A stretch of 64,000 nucleotides of DNA from Bacteroidales bacterium (lineage in GTDB: Bacteria > Bacteroidota > Bacteroidia > Bacteroidales > P3), in the NCBI GenBank assembly GCA_031551725.1, contig JAVBNF010000002.1, positions 2,296 through 66,295 on the forward strand. The letters are read 5' to 3'. Shown one piece after another: positions 50,469 to 60,449 of this stretch (position 1 is the stretch's first letter; each line of letters starts with the position of its first letter). The notes beneath the pieces were generated by a model. That model was given only the letters and a program-made list of their open reading frames with translations. It had not been told where the DNA came from and did not search any database. The position numbers and the translations under genes are program-made.

Positions 50469-51575
50469 CTAAAGAATCTTAATTCCGTAGGTCCATTCGA
50501 TAAAGTCAACCGATCCGCCGTGAGCACGGACGCTAACGCCTGCAAATTGCGAATGGTTTTCAGTTAAGTAAACGCGGAAACCGGCGCGTTCGTAATAGGG
50601 CGTGTGGTAATCCCAATCCGGAATAGGACGTAGATATAAGGCTAAACCGACGTGTATGCCTACTCGACCGTATAATACTTCAAACGAACCGAATGCAGCC
50701 GGATACCATTGCATGATTTGCTTGTATGATGTTCCTTGGCTTACACCGTCTTCGTAATAAGCCGGGGTGGAAGAATTGTAGCTTAAATCAAGTCCTGCAC
50801 CCCATGTGAAAAGAGGAGAGAACTGACGTTCGAAACTTGCTTCCAAATTCAGGACAAAATAGCGGTTGTCGTCGTATGCTTCGCGAAGGCTGGGAGATAC
50901 ACACACATACCAAAAATCTTTGGGAGTGAAGGCTTCGTATGTTTTATGAATAAATTCCGGGCGCGGATTTTTGTCGAAGTAATAGCGTAAACCAATTTCT
51001 TGACTGAAGTTATTCATTCCTAAATTCGGACGTTGTAAAGCTCCGTTCGACGAATGTGTGAATTGGGCGGCTGCAAACAGATCTAAATTGTTTGTCAATT
51101 TATAATCTAAGTTTAATTCCAGGTCGATGTAACAGTTAATATACGAACCGATGAAGTCGTTGTTCGGATTAGTTACAGAATCAAAAGGATTGGAAAAATA
51201 TGCAAGTCCGAGGCCTGCTTGATAGTTAAATGAAAAGCGTTCGCCACGGTAAATAGGTGCATTGATAAAGCCGTATGCCGCAGCGCTCGACTGTAACACA
51301 TTATAGCTGAACTTATAATATCGAATTCCCATTCCAAATTTTGGATAGTTGTGCAGCTGTTCAATTTGAGTGTTGCCGAGTGTTTGAACGCCGAATTTTG
51401 CATCAAAGCCATAACCTTGACAATCTTTCCACAGGTCTTTGTATTGTGTGGAATTAGGAATCATGTTGGAATGCAGGAAGCCGATTTCTGAAAACCAAAG
51501 TTTTTTTGCATCTTGCGAAAATGCAAAATGGATAGAGAATAGTAGCAAAAGAGCTGCTGTTAAAACCTTTTTCAT
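50469..51575 (-). CDS. Outer-membrane beta-barrel protein, acyloxyacyl hydrolase/PagL-like (tentative)
   Basis: Signal peptide MKKVLTAALLLLFSIHFAFSQ. Alternating beta-strand pattern with an aromatic-rich C-terminus. The family assignment is from memory only. Confidence 0.5.
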   Translation of the reverse strand: MKKVLTAALLLLFSIHFAFSQDAKKLWFSEIGFLHSNMIPNSTQYKDLWKDCQGYGFDAKFGVQTLGNTQIEQLHNYPKFGMGIRYYKFSYNVLQSSAAAYGFINAPIYRGERFSFNYQAGLGLAYFSNPFDSVTNPNNDFIGSYINCYIDLELNLDYKLTNNLDLFAAAQFTHSSNGALQRPNLGMNNFSQEIGLRYYFDKNPRPEFIHKTYEAFTPKDFWYVCVSPSLREAYDDNRYFVLNLEASFERQFSPLFTWGAGLDLSYNSSTPAYYEDGVSQGTSYKQIMQWYPAAFGSFEVLYGRVGIHVGLALYLRPIPDWDYHTPYYERAGFRVYLTENHSQFAGVSVRAHGGSVDFIEWTYGIKIL

Positions 51576-51600
51576 ACTCTTTTAGTTTGTACAAAAACAA

Positions 51601-51625
51601 AAAAGCACTTCGAAAAGTGCTTTTT
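51601..51625. terminator. Bidirectional terminator hairpin AAAAGCACTT-CGAA-AAGTGCTTTT
   Basis: Perfect 10-bp stem flanked by A- and T-runs, downstream of tRNA-Ala. Confidence 0.75.
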
Positions 51626-51628
51626 ATG

Positions 51629-51702
51629 TGGAGAATAACGGAGTCGAACCGTTGACCTCTTGAATGCAAATCAAGCGCTCTAGCCAACTGAGCTAATCCC
51701 CC
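51629..51702 (-). tRNA. tRNA-Ala (anticodon TGC)
   Basis: Reverse complement reads GGGGGATTAGCTCAGTTGGCTAGAGCGCTTGATTTGCATTCAAGAGGTCAACGGTTCGACTCCGTTATTCTCCA. Cloverleaf fits, with G3:U70, anticodon loop TTTGCAT and T-loop GGTTCGA. Confidence 0.92.
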
Positions 51703-51757
51703 TTAGTTGTTTTGAGGATGCAAAGGTACAACTTTTTTTTGAATTACCAAAAAAAAA

Positions 51758-52657
51758 TTAACTTTTTTTCTCAGAAAGTGGTCTAAACCCTTTTCCCAAG
51801 ATTTCAAATGCCGGTAGAATAGTTATAAATGCCTCAGGATCTATCTCGTGGATTTTTTTACGCAAAGTAAGGACATCTCGGCTTGGAATAATGGTGTAAA
51901 TAATTTCTTTTTCTTTATGTTCGTACATGCCTTGTCCGTGGAAAAAAGTGCCGCCGCGATCCATGTCCTTTAAAATTATTTCGGATAAGGCCTCGTGTTT
52001 TTCCGAGATGATAAATACTGCACGATTGACATTTAAGCCTTCTTGAATAATATCAACGACTTTTCCATAAACAAAAATGGCAATCCAGGAATATAGAGGT
52101 ACAGACCAATCGCGGAAAGCGATTAATCCCAATAAAACCACGCAAGAATCGACAATGACGATGCAGTAACCAACGGAAACATTGGTGTATTTGGCAATAA
52201 TTCGGGAAATTACATCGGTGCCGGCGCTGGTTGAGCCTGCGCTGAAAATCAAAGCAACACCTAATCCGATTAGCGTACCGCCGTAGATAGCAGCCAAAAG
52301 CGGGTCGCCGCTTACAAGTTGTTTAAGTCCGTTTGTATAGCTTAAGGTATCTGTGAAAAAAGCGGTGGATGCAAAAGTAACAATCGTTTTTGGAATCGCA
52401 CTTGCACCTAAAAGCCGGTGTGCTAAAATCACTAACGGAATATTAAAAACCAAAGCAGTGGTTCCGATGGGCAAACCACTTGGGAAAATCGAAAACCAGC
52501 CTTCCGTCACATAATGGATGACTATGCTGATGCCATAAACGCCTCCGGGTACAATTTTATAGGGGGTGACAAAGAAAACGTAGGCTGTTGCGATTAACAA
52601 CGATCCAAGAACAATGCGGCTGTAGTCGTTTATGTTTTTTTTGAGGATTGGATTCAT
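51758..52657 (-). CDS. YitT family membrane protein (DUF2179 C-terminal domain)
   Basis: 5-6 TM helices followed by a soluble C-terminal domain. Paralogous to the next gene. Confidence 0.75.
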   Translation of the reverse strand: MNPILKKNINDYSRIVLGSLLIATAYVFFVTPYKIVPGGVYGISIVIHYVTEGWFSIFPSGLPIGTTALVFNIPLVILAHRLLGASAIPKTIVTFASTAFFTDTLSYTNGLKQLVSGDPLLAAIYGGTLIGLGVALIFSAGSTSAGTDVISRIIAKYTNVSVGYCIVIVDSCVVLLGLIAFRDWSVPLYSWIAIFVYGKVVDIIQEGLNVNRAVFIISEKHEALSEIILKDMDRGGTFFHGQGMYEHKEKEIIYTIIPSRDVLTLRKKIHEIDPEAFITILPAFEILGKGFRPLSEKKS

Positions 52658-52701
52658 GAAAATGAAAAATCAGTGTGCCGTTATTGAAATGGAACCGGAA
52701 T

Positions 52702-53637
52702 TTATGAACGATATTGGTCGAAACCTTTTCCATATACGCCGGAAACATTGGCAATACTGGTAAATGCTTCCGGGTCGATGACTTTTACTTTATGTAAAAT
52801 GCTTTGCAACTCGGTTTTTTTAGCTAAAACGACAACGATATCAGATTCCTGTTTTGTGTACCAACCTTGACCTTTGATAACTGTTACGCCGCGTTTCACA
52901 TCGAAGCTAATCATATCGGCAATTTCCTCGTGTTTTTTCGAAAAAATGAACAATTGAACGGATTGGCGTTCTCCCAAAATAACCATATCGATTACATAGG
53001 CAGTTACGAACATCATTACAAAACCGTAAACCACCGTGCGGAAAGAATCCATGGCATCTCTTCCTAAATAAAAGTAGAATACTAAAAATGCCGAGCAGAT
53101 GATGGCAACGTCCACAGAAAGAATGACTTTTCCGGGAGTGATGTTTCTATACTTGTTCACAATCAAAGCCACAATATCTGTACCTCCCGTACTTCCGCCT
53201 TCATTGAAGATGGTGCCAATACTAAAGCCAACCAAGATTCCTCCAATCACTACGGAAAGTGCCACATCGTCACCCATAAACGGTTCTGGAAGATAGACTT
53301 GGGCTAGTCCGATAAAAAATGAAGAAGCAAAAATAGCGTAGATTGTTTTTATACCGAAGGCGTTGCCTAATATTTTAAAAGCCAGAATGAGCAAAGCCAA
53401 GTTAATAATGAAACTTGTAACACCGACGGGAAGAGTACGCATGGAAGCGTGGAAAATAAGTGTAGCCAAACCGTTTACGCCACCGCCAACGATGTCTGCG
53501 TTAATAACAAAGCCAACCAATGAAACCGAATAAACGATTAGGAAAAAGGTGATAATGATATAGCTTCTAACCTCGCGTTTAAACTCGGATTTTGTGAGTT
53601 TCGGACCTTTTTTAATAAAAGATGATAATTTGCTCAT
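52702..53637 (-). CDS. YitT family membrane protein (paralogue)
   Basis: Same architecture; GGSTGGTDI motif shared with 51758-52657 (GSTSAGTDV). Confidence 0.75.
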   Translation of the reverse strand: MSKLSSFIKKGPKLTKSEFKREVRSYIIITFFLIVYSVSLVGFVINADIVGGGVNGLATLIFHASMRTLPVGVTSFIINLALLILAFKILGNAFGIKTIYAIFASSFFIGLAQVYLPEPFMGDDVALSVVIGGILVGFSIGTIFNEGGSTGGTDIVALIVNKYRNITPGKVILSVDVAIICSAFLVFYFYLGRDAMDSFRTVVYGFVMMFVTAYVIDMVILGERQSVQLFIFSKKHEEIADMISFDVKRGVTVIKGQGWYTKQESDIVVVLAKKTELQSILHKVKVIDPEAFTSIANVSGVYGKGFDQYRS

Positions 53638-53751
53638 AGAAAATGTTCGTATTTAGGATGCAAATTTACGAAAATTAATTGAGAATAGAAATTAAAATAA
53701 AAAATAAGGCTAAAAGCATGGTTATAGTTGTGATTTAATCATATTTTTTCG

Positions 53752-53759
53752 TATATTTG
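53752..53759 (+). promoter_or_regulatory. -7 promoter box TATATTTG
   Basis: TAnnTTTG match about 95 nt upstream of the fba ATG. Confidence 0.45.
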
Positions 53760-53855
53760 CAAGATGAATTTATGATTTCAGATTTACGATAAATCAAGGA
53801 TTGTCCCACACATCGTACATCGTATATTTTATTCAATATTAAAAAATAAAAAACA

Positions 53856-54848
53856 ATGGTAAGCTACAAAGATCTTGGCTTGGTGAACAGTAGAGAGCTG
53901 TTCCAAAAAGCAATGGCAGGAAAATATGCAATTCCGGCTTTCAATTTTAACAATATGGAACAAATGCAAGCCATTGTTCAGGCTTGTGTTGAAACGAAAT
54001 CACCCGTTATTCTTCAGGTATCAAGCGGTGCTCGCAAATATGCCAACCAAACGTTGCTCCGCTACATGGCGCAAGGTGCGGTTGAATATGCAAAAGAACT
54101 CGGATTTAACGTTCCGATCGTTTTGCACTTGGATCATGGAGATACTTTCGAATTATGTAAATCGTGTATCGAATACGGTTTTTCTTCCGTGATGATCGAC
54201 GGTTCGCACCACGATTATAACCACAACGTAGAATTGACCCACCAAGTGGTTGAATATGCTCACAAATATGATGTGACTGTTGAAGGCGAATTGGGCGTGT
54301 TGGCCGGTGTGGAAGACGAAGTTTCTGCCGAACATCATACCTATACACAACCTGAAGAAGTGCAAGACTTCTTGAAAAAAACAGGCGTGGACTCATTGGC
54401 TATTTCCATCGGAACATCGCACGGTGCCAATAAATTCAAGCCGGAACAATGCACGCGCAATGCGGAAGGTGTTTTGGTTCCGCCGCCGTTGCGTTTCGAT
54501 ATTTTGGAAGCGATTGAAAAATTAATTCCGGGTTTCCCGATTGTGTTGCACGGCGCATCAAGCGTTCCGCAAGACCAAGTGGCCCTCATCAACAAGTATG
54601 GCGGTGCACTTAAAGACGCCATCGGTATTCCGGAAGAACAGTTGCGCAAAGCCGCAGCCTCTGCAGTATGCAAAATCAACATTGATAGCGACGGTCGCTT
54701 GGCAATGACTGCTGCCATACGTAAAGTAATGGCAGAAAGTCCTGCTGAATTTGATCCCCGCAAGTACCTCGGGCCCGCTCGCGATTCATTGAAGGCTTTG
54801 TATATGCACAAAATTCAAAATGTATTAGGAAGCGCTAATAAAGGATAA
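53856..54848 (+). CDS. fba: Class II fructose-bisphosphate aldolase
   Basis: AIPAFNFNN.EQ..A; LHLDHG; SIGTSHG. Confidence 0.93.
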   Translation: MVSYKDLGLVNSRELFQKAMAGKYAIPAFNFNNMEQMQAIVQACVETKSPVILQVSSGARKYANQTLLRYMAQGAVEYAKELGFNVPIVLHLDHGDTFELCKSCIEYGFSSVMIDGSHHDYNHNVELTHQVVEYAHKYDVTVEGELGVLAGVEDEVSAEHHTYTQPEEVQDFLKKTGVDSLAISIGTSHGANKFKPEQCTRNAEGVLVPPPLRFDILEAIEKLIPGFPIVLHGASSVPQDQVALINKYGGALKDAIGIPEEQLRKAAASAVCKINIDSDGRLAMTAAIRKVMAESPAEFDPRKYLGPARDSLKALYMHKIQNVLGSANKG

Positions 54849-54862
54849 TTTAAATTATTTTT

Positions 54863-55618
54863 ATGAGAATTTTTGCGCTCCTTTTGCTTTTTTTTGCGAC
54901 AGGCACGGCTTTGGCATCTGAGCCCTCTTTTTCGGAGGGCTCAGCTACTAGTCGAGTATCGGGTTTTATGTATAATAAAGCTCGCATGGAAGGGAAATAC
55001 CTAATCGGCTTTAACGGTAATTTTATATTGCCGATGGGCACTTTGGGAGATCAATTGAAACCCACTCCGGGATTTGGTTTGTCGGGAAAATATTTCGGAA
55101 CCGATTATTTCGCTTTCGGTTTTAATTTCTCCTTTTCGGCACCCAAAGTAAAAGATGTATATATTGAAGAGGTTGATAACGAATATTTAACAGGATTGGT
55201 TGAGCTGCGAGATAATGGGCAAGTGCCAGATTCTGCAAACTTGATTGAAGTTGTTTCCGGTGCACATTACATTCCGTTTTTTGTTTCATTGGAATTTTAT
55301 CTTCCTTCTCAAATGCAAAAAAAGTTTAGACCCTATGCTGCATTGGATTTGGGCATTGTGTTGGTGAATGAAAATTATGAAGGTGTGTATAACGTTCCGC
55401 GAAATCAAGCTATTCAGAACATGGAGAATAATACCGGCATGTCTTTTCAGCAACCGTTTTTCGGCGCAGGAGCACGTATCGGATTCCTGGCTTCGCTCGA
55501 CGAATTGTGGCATATCGATATGAATATGGCATACGCCTACCTTTCATCCGAAAAAATGAAATCGTCGGCATTGACTTTCAATGTCGGACTGGTTTTTAAT
55601 TTAGCGTATAAGTACTAA
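54863..55618 (+). CDS. Outer-membrane beta-barrel protein (hypothetical)
   Basis: Signal peptide, alternating amphipathic strands, C-terminal aromatic residue (..NLAYKY). Confidence 0.55.
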   Translation: MRIFALLLLFFATGTALASEPSFSEGSATSRVSGFMYNKARMEGKYLIGFNGNFILPMGTLGDQLKPTPGFGLSGKYFGTDYFAFGFNFSFSAPKVKDVYIEEVDNEYLTGLVELRDNGQVPDSANLIEVVSGAHYIPFFVSLEFYLPSQMQKKFRPYAALDLGIVLVNENYEGVYNVPRNQAIQNMENNTGMSFQQPFFGAGARIGFLASLDELWHIDMNMAYAYLSSEKMKSSALTFNVGLVFNLAYKY

Positions 55619-55628
55619 AAAACGAAGT

Positions 55629-57953
55629 TTGAAGCGTCTTGGTAAAATAGTATTTATTACATGTTTATCGACTCTTGTGTCGTGTATTTCCACACGGAAA
55701 GTCCCCGATGGAAAACAACTTTTAACCTCCAATCAGTTAGAACTCAAAACGGAAAATCCCGGAGTTAAAAGTGCCGATTTAAAAACGTTAATCAAACAAC
55801 AACCCAACCCTCACTTTTGGATTTTTAGTCCGAAATTGTGGTTTTATGGTTTTTATAAGCCCGAGAAAACCGGTTTCATGAATCGCATTTGGAAAGCGAT
55901 GGGCGAACCTCCTGTAATATACGATTCGCTTTATGCTGAACAAACTTCAGCTCAAATTCATTCTTATTTGCTTACAAAAGGGCATTTTCGTCCGGATGTT
56001 GAATATACTACTAAAATTGCCAAAAGAAATCCGAAAAAAATGGATGTCATTTACAATGTAAATACCCATGAAGGTTATCGTTTTAGCGAAGTCGATATTC
56101 AAGTGGATGATGATACCTTGAAGCCTTATTTAGAAAGATGGCCGTACAATACAACTTTAAAAACCGGGCAATATTATGATGTAGATGCAATGAACAAAGA
56201 GCGTTTGCGTATCGAGCTTCAATTGCAAAATCAAGGTTTTTATAAATTTAACAGAGATTATATCGGATTTGTAATCGATAGTACGATTGGTGATTACAAA
56301 ATGAATGTGCTTTTGCAAGTGCATAAGCCCGAGTTTTCCGGAGATACTACGGCATCACCTTATTTTCAAAGGTATCTTATCAAAGACGTAATGTTTTATC
56401 CGGAATATAATAATAATGTCGAACATCTGGATACGACGCTGTATGTGACCAAACGTGATGGGAAAGACAAAGATACAAACGTATTTTTGTTTATTCACGA
56501 TGAAGATTTGCGTATCCGTCCGAAAGTGATGGTCAATAAATCGTTTTTAGTACCTGAACATTATTTCTCGATGAAAGATGTGGCACAAACCTACGAGAAT
56601 CTTAGCGATATGAAGGTTTTTCGTTATATCAATGTGCGTTTTACGGAAGTAAAAGATTCGACCCCGTCGTCATCGCCATACGGATTTTTGGATGCCCATA
56701 TCAATACAAAACAATCTTTAAAACAAGCATTGACTTTAGAATCGGAATTAACGACTTCGTCCGGAACGCAAGGAATTGCCGGAAGTATTTTGTTTCAAAA
56801 TAAAAATATTTTTGGCGGTGCCGAAATTCTGAATATTCGTTTACGCGGCGTCCTTCAAGTGCAAAAACGTTCCGACGACTGGTATTATTCGTTTGAAACA
56901 CGTGCCGAAGCAGGAATTGAATTTCCTCGATTTTTGGCGCCTTTCAGCCAAGAGCGGATTTCGAAGTATTTTCGCCCCAAAACAACAATAACCGGTGGGG
57001 TGAGCTACCAATATAAACCCGATCAATACGAACGTTGGATCACGACAGCTTCCTTCGGTTATAATTGGAGGAAAAATAAAGTATATCATGCCTTTTTTCC
57101 GATCGAAGCAAATGCTGTTAGCATTGTAAATATGACTGATGAGTTTAAGAAGTATATTGAAGACAATTCGAAAACCAATTTACGTTTAAAATATCAATAC
57201 ACCGACCACTTTATTTCAGATATGCGCTATGTTTTTATATACAATGGTCAGGATTTGAAGAGAAACGTTGATTTTAATTTCTTGCGTGTTACGTTGGAAT
57301 CTGCCGGAAATATTTTGGATGGAATTGCAAGTGCCACCAACTTTGAAACCGATTCCATGGGGGCGAGGAAGATATTCGGACTTGTTTATTCCCAGTACTT
57401 CCGTTTTGAAGTAGATTTTAAACATCAGTTTTATCTGCCCCAAAATCAAGTTTTTGTTGCAAGGGCATACGTTGGGGCGGGATTTCCGTACGGAAATGCA
57501 GACTATTTGCCTTATGAAAAAGGCTTTTACGGCGGTGGAACAAATAACATTCGTGCTTGGCCGTTGTATCTGTTAGGTCCCGGAAGTTACTACGATCCTA
57601 TGACTGAGAAGGATGAGCGGGTAGGGGATATGTCCATTGTATTGAATGCCGAATATCGTTTTCCGATATACAATTCCTTTAAAGGCGCATTGTTTGCGGA
57701 TATTGGGAATGTTTGGCTGAATAAACCCAACACCGAATTTCCGGATGGAGATTTTCGGTTGGATGATTTTTATAAAGAGTTTGCAGTGGGAGCAGGCATA
57801 GGTTTGCGTATTGATTGGGGATTTTTCGTTATCCGTTTGGATGCCGCTATTCCTACTGTTGATCCGGCAAAACCATTGGGCGAACGTTTTGTATTGCCTA
57901 AACAAAGGTTTAGTGATTTTGTGTTAAATTTCGGGGTTGGATACCCGTTCTAA
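55629..57953 (+). CDS. BamA/TamA-family (Omp85, surface antigen D15) outer membrane protein, TTG start
   Basis: Lipobox-like LVSC. C-terminal Omp85 barrel motifs (GG.N.IRAW, FADIGNVW, terminal GVGYPF). Confidence 0.75.
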   Translation: MKRLGKIVFITCLSTLVSCISTRKVPDGKQLLTSNQLELKTENPGVKSADLKTLIKQQPNPHFWIFSPKLWFYGFYKPEKTGFMNRIWKAMGEPPVIYDSLYAEQTSAQIHSYLLTKGHFRPDVEYTTKIAKRNPKKMDVIYNVNTHEGYRFSEVDIQVDDDTLKPYLERWPYNTTLKTGQYYDVDAMNKERLRIELQLQNQGFYKFNRDYIGFVIDSTIGDYKMNVLLQVHKPEFSGDTTASPYFQRYLIKDVMFYPEYNNNVEHLDTTLYVTKRDGKDKDTNVFLFIHDEDLRIRPKVMVNKSFLVPEHYFSMKDVAQTYENLSDMKVFRYINVRFTEVKDSTPSSSPYGFLDAHINTKQSLKQALTLESELTTSSGTQGIAGSILFQNKNIFGGAEILNIRLRGVLQVQKRSDDWYYSFETRAEAGIEFPRFLAPFSQERISKYFRPKTTITGGVSYQYKPDQYERWITTASFGYNWRKNKVYHAFFPIEANAVSIVNMTDEFKKYIEDNSKTNLRLKYQYTDHFISDMRYVFIYNGQDLKRNVDFNFLRVTLESAGNILDGIASATNFETDSMGARKIFGLVYSQYFRFEVDFKHQFYLPQNQVFVARAYVGAGFPYGNADYLPYEKGFYGGGTNNIRAWPLYLLGPGSYYDPMTEKDERVGDMSIVLNAEYRFPIYNSFKGALFADIGNVWLNKPNTEFPDGDFRLDDFYKEFAVGAGIGLRIDWGFFVIRLDAAIPTVDPAKPLGERFVLPKQRFSDFVLNFGVGYPF

Positions 57954-57963
57954 TATTTGTTTT

Positions 57964-58524
57964 ATGCGTTTATTAGCAAGATTTATTTTGAGAATTTGCG
58001 GCTGGAAGATTGTTGGAAATCCGCCTGTTGACGACAAATGTGTGATGATTATGGCGCCGCATACCAGTTCGTCTGATTTTGTGTGGGGGCGTTTGTTTTT
58101 TTACGCTTTCGGCATTCCTGCGAAATTCCTAATCAAACAAGAATTCTTCGCATTCCCGATTGGCGGATTGATGAGGGCATTGGGAGGAATTCCGATTAAT
58201 CGGGAACAGAGCCGCAATGCTGTGAAATATGCGATTGAGTTATTCGATCGTTATGATAAAATTGCCTTAACCATCACGCCGGAAGGTACTCGTAATTATA
58301 CGGATACTTGGAAAAAAGGCTTTTATTTTATCGCACAGCATGCAAATGTGCCTATTTATATCGGATTTTTGGATTATAAAGAAAAAAAAGGTGGAATTAA
58401 GGCCAAGTTCGAAATCACCGGGGATTATGAAGAAGATCTTAAAAAGCTCCAGAGTTATTTTCGCGGACTTCATGCCAAATATCCCGAACGATTTAATTTA
58501 AGTGAAGAGGAGCCAACAAAATGA
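57964..58524 (+). CDS. 1-acyl-sn-glycerol-3-phosphate acyltransferase family protein
   Basis: HxxxxD motif (HTSSSD) and PEGTR motif. Confidence 0.8.
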   Translation: MRLLARFILRICGWKIVGNPPVDDKCVMIMAPHTSSSDFVWGRLFFYAFGIPAKFLIKQEFFAFPIGGLMRALGGIPINREQSRNAVKYAIELFDRYDKIALTITPEGTRNYTDTWKKGFYFIAQHANVPIYIGFLDYKEKKGGIKAKFEITGDYEEDLKKLQSYFRGLHAKYPERFNLSEEEPTK

Positions 58525-58955
58525 TTACATTAACGAAAATATTTACCTTCGAGATGGCGCACGCCTTACTGCAGCACGATGGCGCTTGTGCGAATATTCA
58601 CGGACACTCGTACCGTTTGGAGGTAACGGTAACCGGTAAGCCGCTCAACAAACCGCAAGATCCGAAAAATGGAATGATTATCGATTTTTCCGATTTAAAA
58701 AAAATTGTGAACAATGCTGTGATTTCCAGATTTGATCATGCTTTGGTACTCAATGCGGCGTCGAATGAAGGTTTGCTGAAAACATTGCAACAACAATTTC
58801 CGAATATTGTTACGGTAAATTTTCAACCGACAAGCGAAAATTTATTGTTGGACTTCGTCGAAAAAATAAATGCACTTCTTCCGGAAACCGTATTACTAAA
58901 GCGTTTGCGCTTATATGAAACAGCAACTTCGTATGCCGAATATATCTGTGATTAA
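58521..58955 (+). CDS. queD: 6-carboxytetrahydropterin synthase QueD
   Basis: FEMAHAL...HGHSYRLEVTV; ATGA overlap with the upstream gene. Confidence 0.85.
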   Translation: MITLTKIFTFEMAHALLQHDGACANIHGHSYRLEVTVTGKPLNKPQDPKNGMIIDFSDLKKIVNNAVISRFDHALVLNAASNEGLLKTLQQQFPNIVTVNFQPTSENLLLDFVEKINALLPETVLLKRLRLYETATSYAEYICD

Positions 58956-58972
58956 TTAAAATTTTGTAGAAA

Positions 58973-59971
58973 ATGAAGAAAATTTTAGTATTTATCGTTG
59001 CGTTGAGCGCATTTGCATGTGGGCATAAGCAAGAAATGACGGCGATTGACGGCACAGCACTCGGCACTTATTATTCGATAAAATATTTTGATAATGAAAA
59101 TCGCAATTTTCAACCGCAAATAGATTCGTTGTTTCATGCATTCAATCAATCGGTTTCCTTGTGGGAAAAGGGCTCTGTTATTAATCGTGTGAATGATAAC
59201 GAAGATGTGGAATTGGACGCGTTTTTCATTGATATTTTTAATAAATCGCAAGAAATTTCGGCCATTACCGATGGCGCTTTTGATGTTACGGTTGGCGCTT
59301 TGGTACGTGTTTATGGTTTCGGAAATGCCGAGCGTTCGCCTGAAGAAATCCGTAAAATCGATAGTTTGTTAATGTATGTAAACTATAAAAATGTTCATAT
59401 CGAAGACAAGCATTTATATAAATTTCATAAAAACACACAGCTCGATTTCAATGCCATTGCTAAAGGTTATTGCGTGGATTTAGTTGGCAGATTTTTGCAA
59501 GAGCGTGGGGTTGAAAATTATTTGGTGGATATTGGCGGTGAGGTATTAGCCAAAGGTATTAAGCCCAATGGCGATTTGTGGATTATCGGTATCGAAAAGC
59601 CGGCCGAAAATGCAGCAGCCGAACAGCAAGTTCAACAACGTTTATCACTCACCGATTGCGCTGTTGCAACATCCGGCAATTATCGTAAATACTATGAGTT
59701 CGAAGGTCGGCGTTATGCTCATTGCATCAGTCCGAAAACGGGAGAACCGGTGCGTCATAATGTACTAAGCGTAACTGTTCTTGCTAAAGAATGCTGGCGC
59801 GCAGATGCTTATGCGACAGCCTTTTTGGTAATGGGGTTAAATGAATCTTTGAAAATATTGGAACAACACCCGGAGCTTGGAGCTTATTTTATCTATGCCG
59901 ATGATCAAAAAGGCAGACAGCAGTATTCAACGTATGCAACGGAGAATCTGAAAGCGTTGGAGATGGAGTAG
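58973..59971 (+). CDS. apbE: FAD:protein FMN transferase ApbE (lipoprotein)
   Basis: Lipobox ALSAFAC; AKGY.VD; VATSGNYRKY. Confidence 0.85.
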   Translation: MKKILVFIVALSAFACGHKQEMTAIDGTALGTYYSIKYFDNENRNFQPQIDSLFHAFNQSVSLWEKGSVINRVNDNEDVELDAFFIDIFNKSQEISAITDGAFDVTVGALVRVYGFGNAERSPEEIRKIDSLLMYVNYKNVHIEDKHLYKFHKNTQLDFNAIAKGYCVDLVGRFLQERGVENYLVDIGGEVLAKGIKPNGDLWIIGIEKPAENAAAEQQVQQRLSLTDCAVATSGNYRKYYEFEGRRYAHCISPKTGEPVRHNVLSVTVLAKECWRADAYATAFLVMGLNESLKILEQHPELGAYFIYADDQKGRQQYSTYATENLKALEME

Positions 59972-60005
59972 TTGTGAATTGCTTTCAAATTTGTATCTTT
60001 GTTCC

Positions 60006-60167
60006 TTGAAAATATCAGACCTTGATTTATCTTTCATGAATCGAACGATTTATAGGAGAAAATAGAAAGAAAAAATCAAATCTGAAAGGAACAAGATGAA
60101 ACACAACTAAAGATTTTTTCAAATTAAAAAAGGACGTTTCAATTTTGAGAAACGTCCTTTTGTTTTT
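60006..60167 (+). ncRNA. Candidate ~160-nt sRNA unit (promoter box + imperfect long hairpin + terminator)
   Basis: TATCTTTG box at 59994-60001. Nested pairings TCAGA/TCTGA, TTGATTT/AAATCAA and TCTTTC/GAAAGA. Terminator hairpin at 60129-60160 followed by a T-run. Only 4-9 codon ORFs. Confidence 0.3.
60124..60167. terminator. Bidirectional intrinsic terminator AAAGGACGTTTC-AATTTTGA-GAAACGTCCTTT
   Basis: 12-bp perfect stem flanked by A-run and T-run. Confidence 0.75.
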
Positions 60168-60449
60168 AGAAAAGTTCCAATTGCTGTGGAACATCCGGTA
60201 AATCTTGTTCTTTCTTTCCGTAGAAAAGTTCCATGGAACCGAATTGCTTATCCGTAATACACAATATCCCCACTTGCCCTCGAGGGGGCAACGATTTCTT
60301 GACCCTTTTAGGTGCTTCTTCATCGCGTCCGCGTGTGAAGTTTGATAACTATCTGTTCGTTTTTCAAGCTAAGATAAGCCGGATTGCTGAAAAAGAGGGT
60401 ACGGTTAAGTATCCAATGGTAATAAACGGATTTGTATTCACTTTTTGCA
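60166..60449 (-). pseudogene. Possible degraded gene remnant with an intact promoter box and ATG but three reading-frame pieces
   Basis: TATCTTTG (minus strand) at 60471-60464 and ATG at 60449. MQKVNTNPFITIGYLTVPSF.. (28 codons, stop) is followed by frame-shifted pieces ending ..GILCITDKQFGSMELFYGKKEQDLPDVPQQLELF, just before the terminator. Confidence 0.3.

Noticed and set aside
60027-60323. 98-aa minus-strand ORF and 74-aa plus-strand ORF (60233-60457) next to the CRISPR array
   Set aside because: The sequences are not protein-like (K/F/N-rich). They span a strong bidirectional terminator and a frame-broken remnant. The region is better explained as sRNA candidate plus pseudogene remnant.
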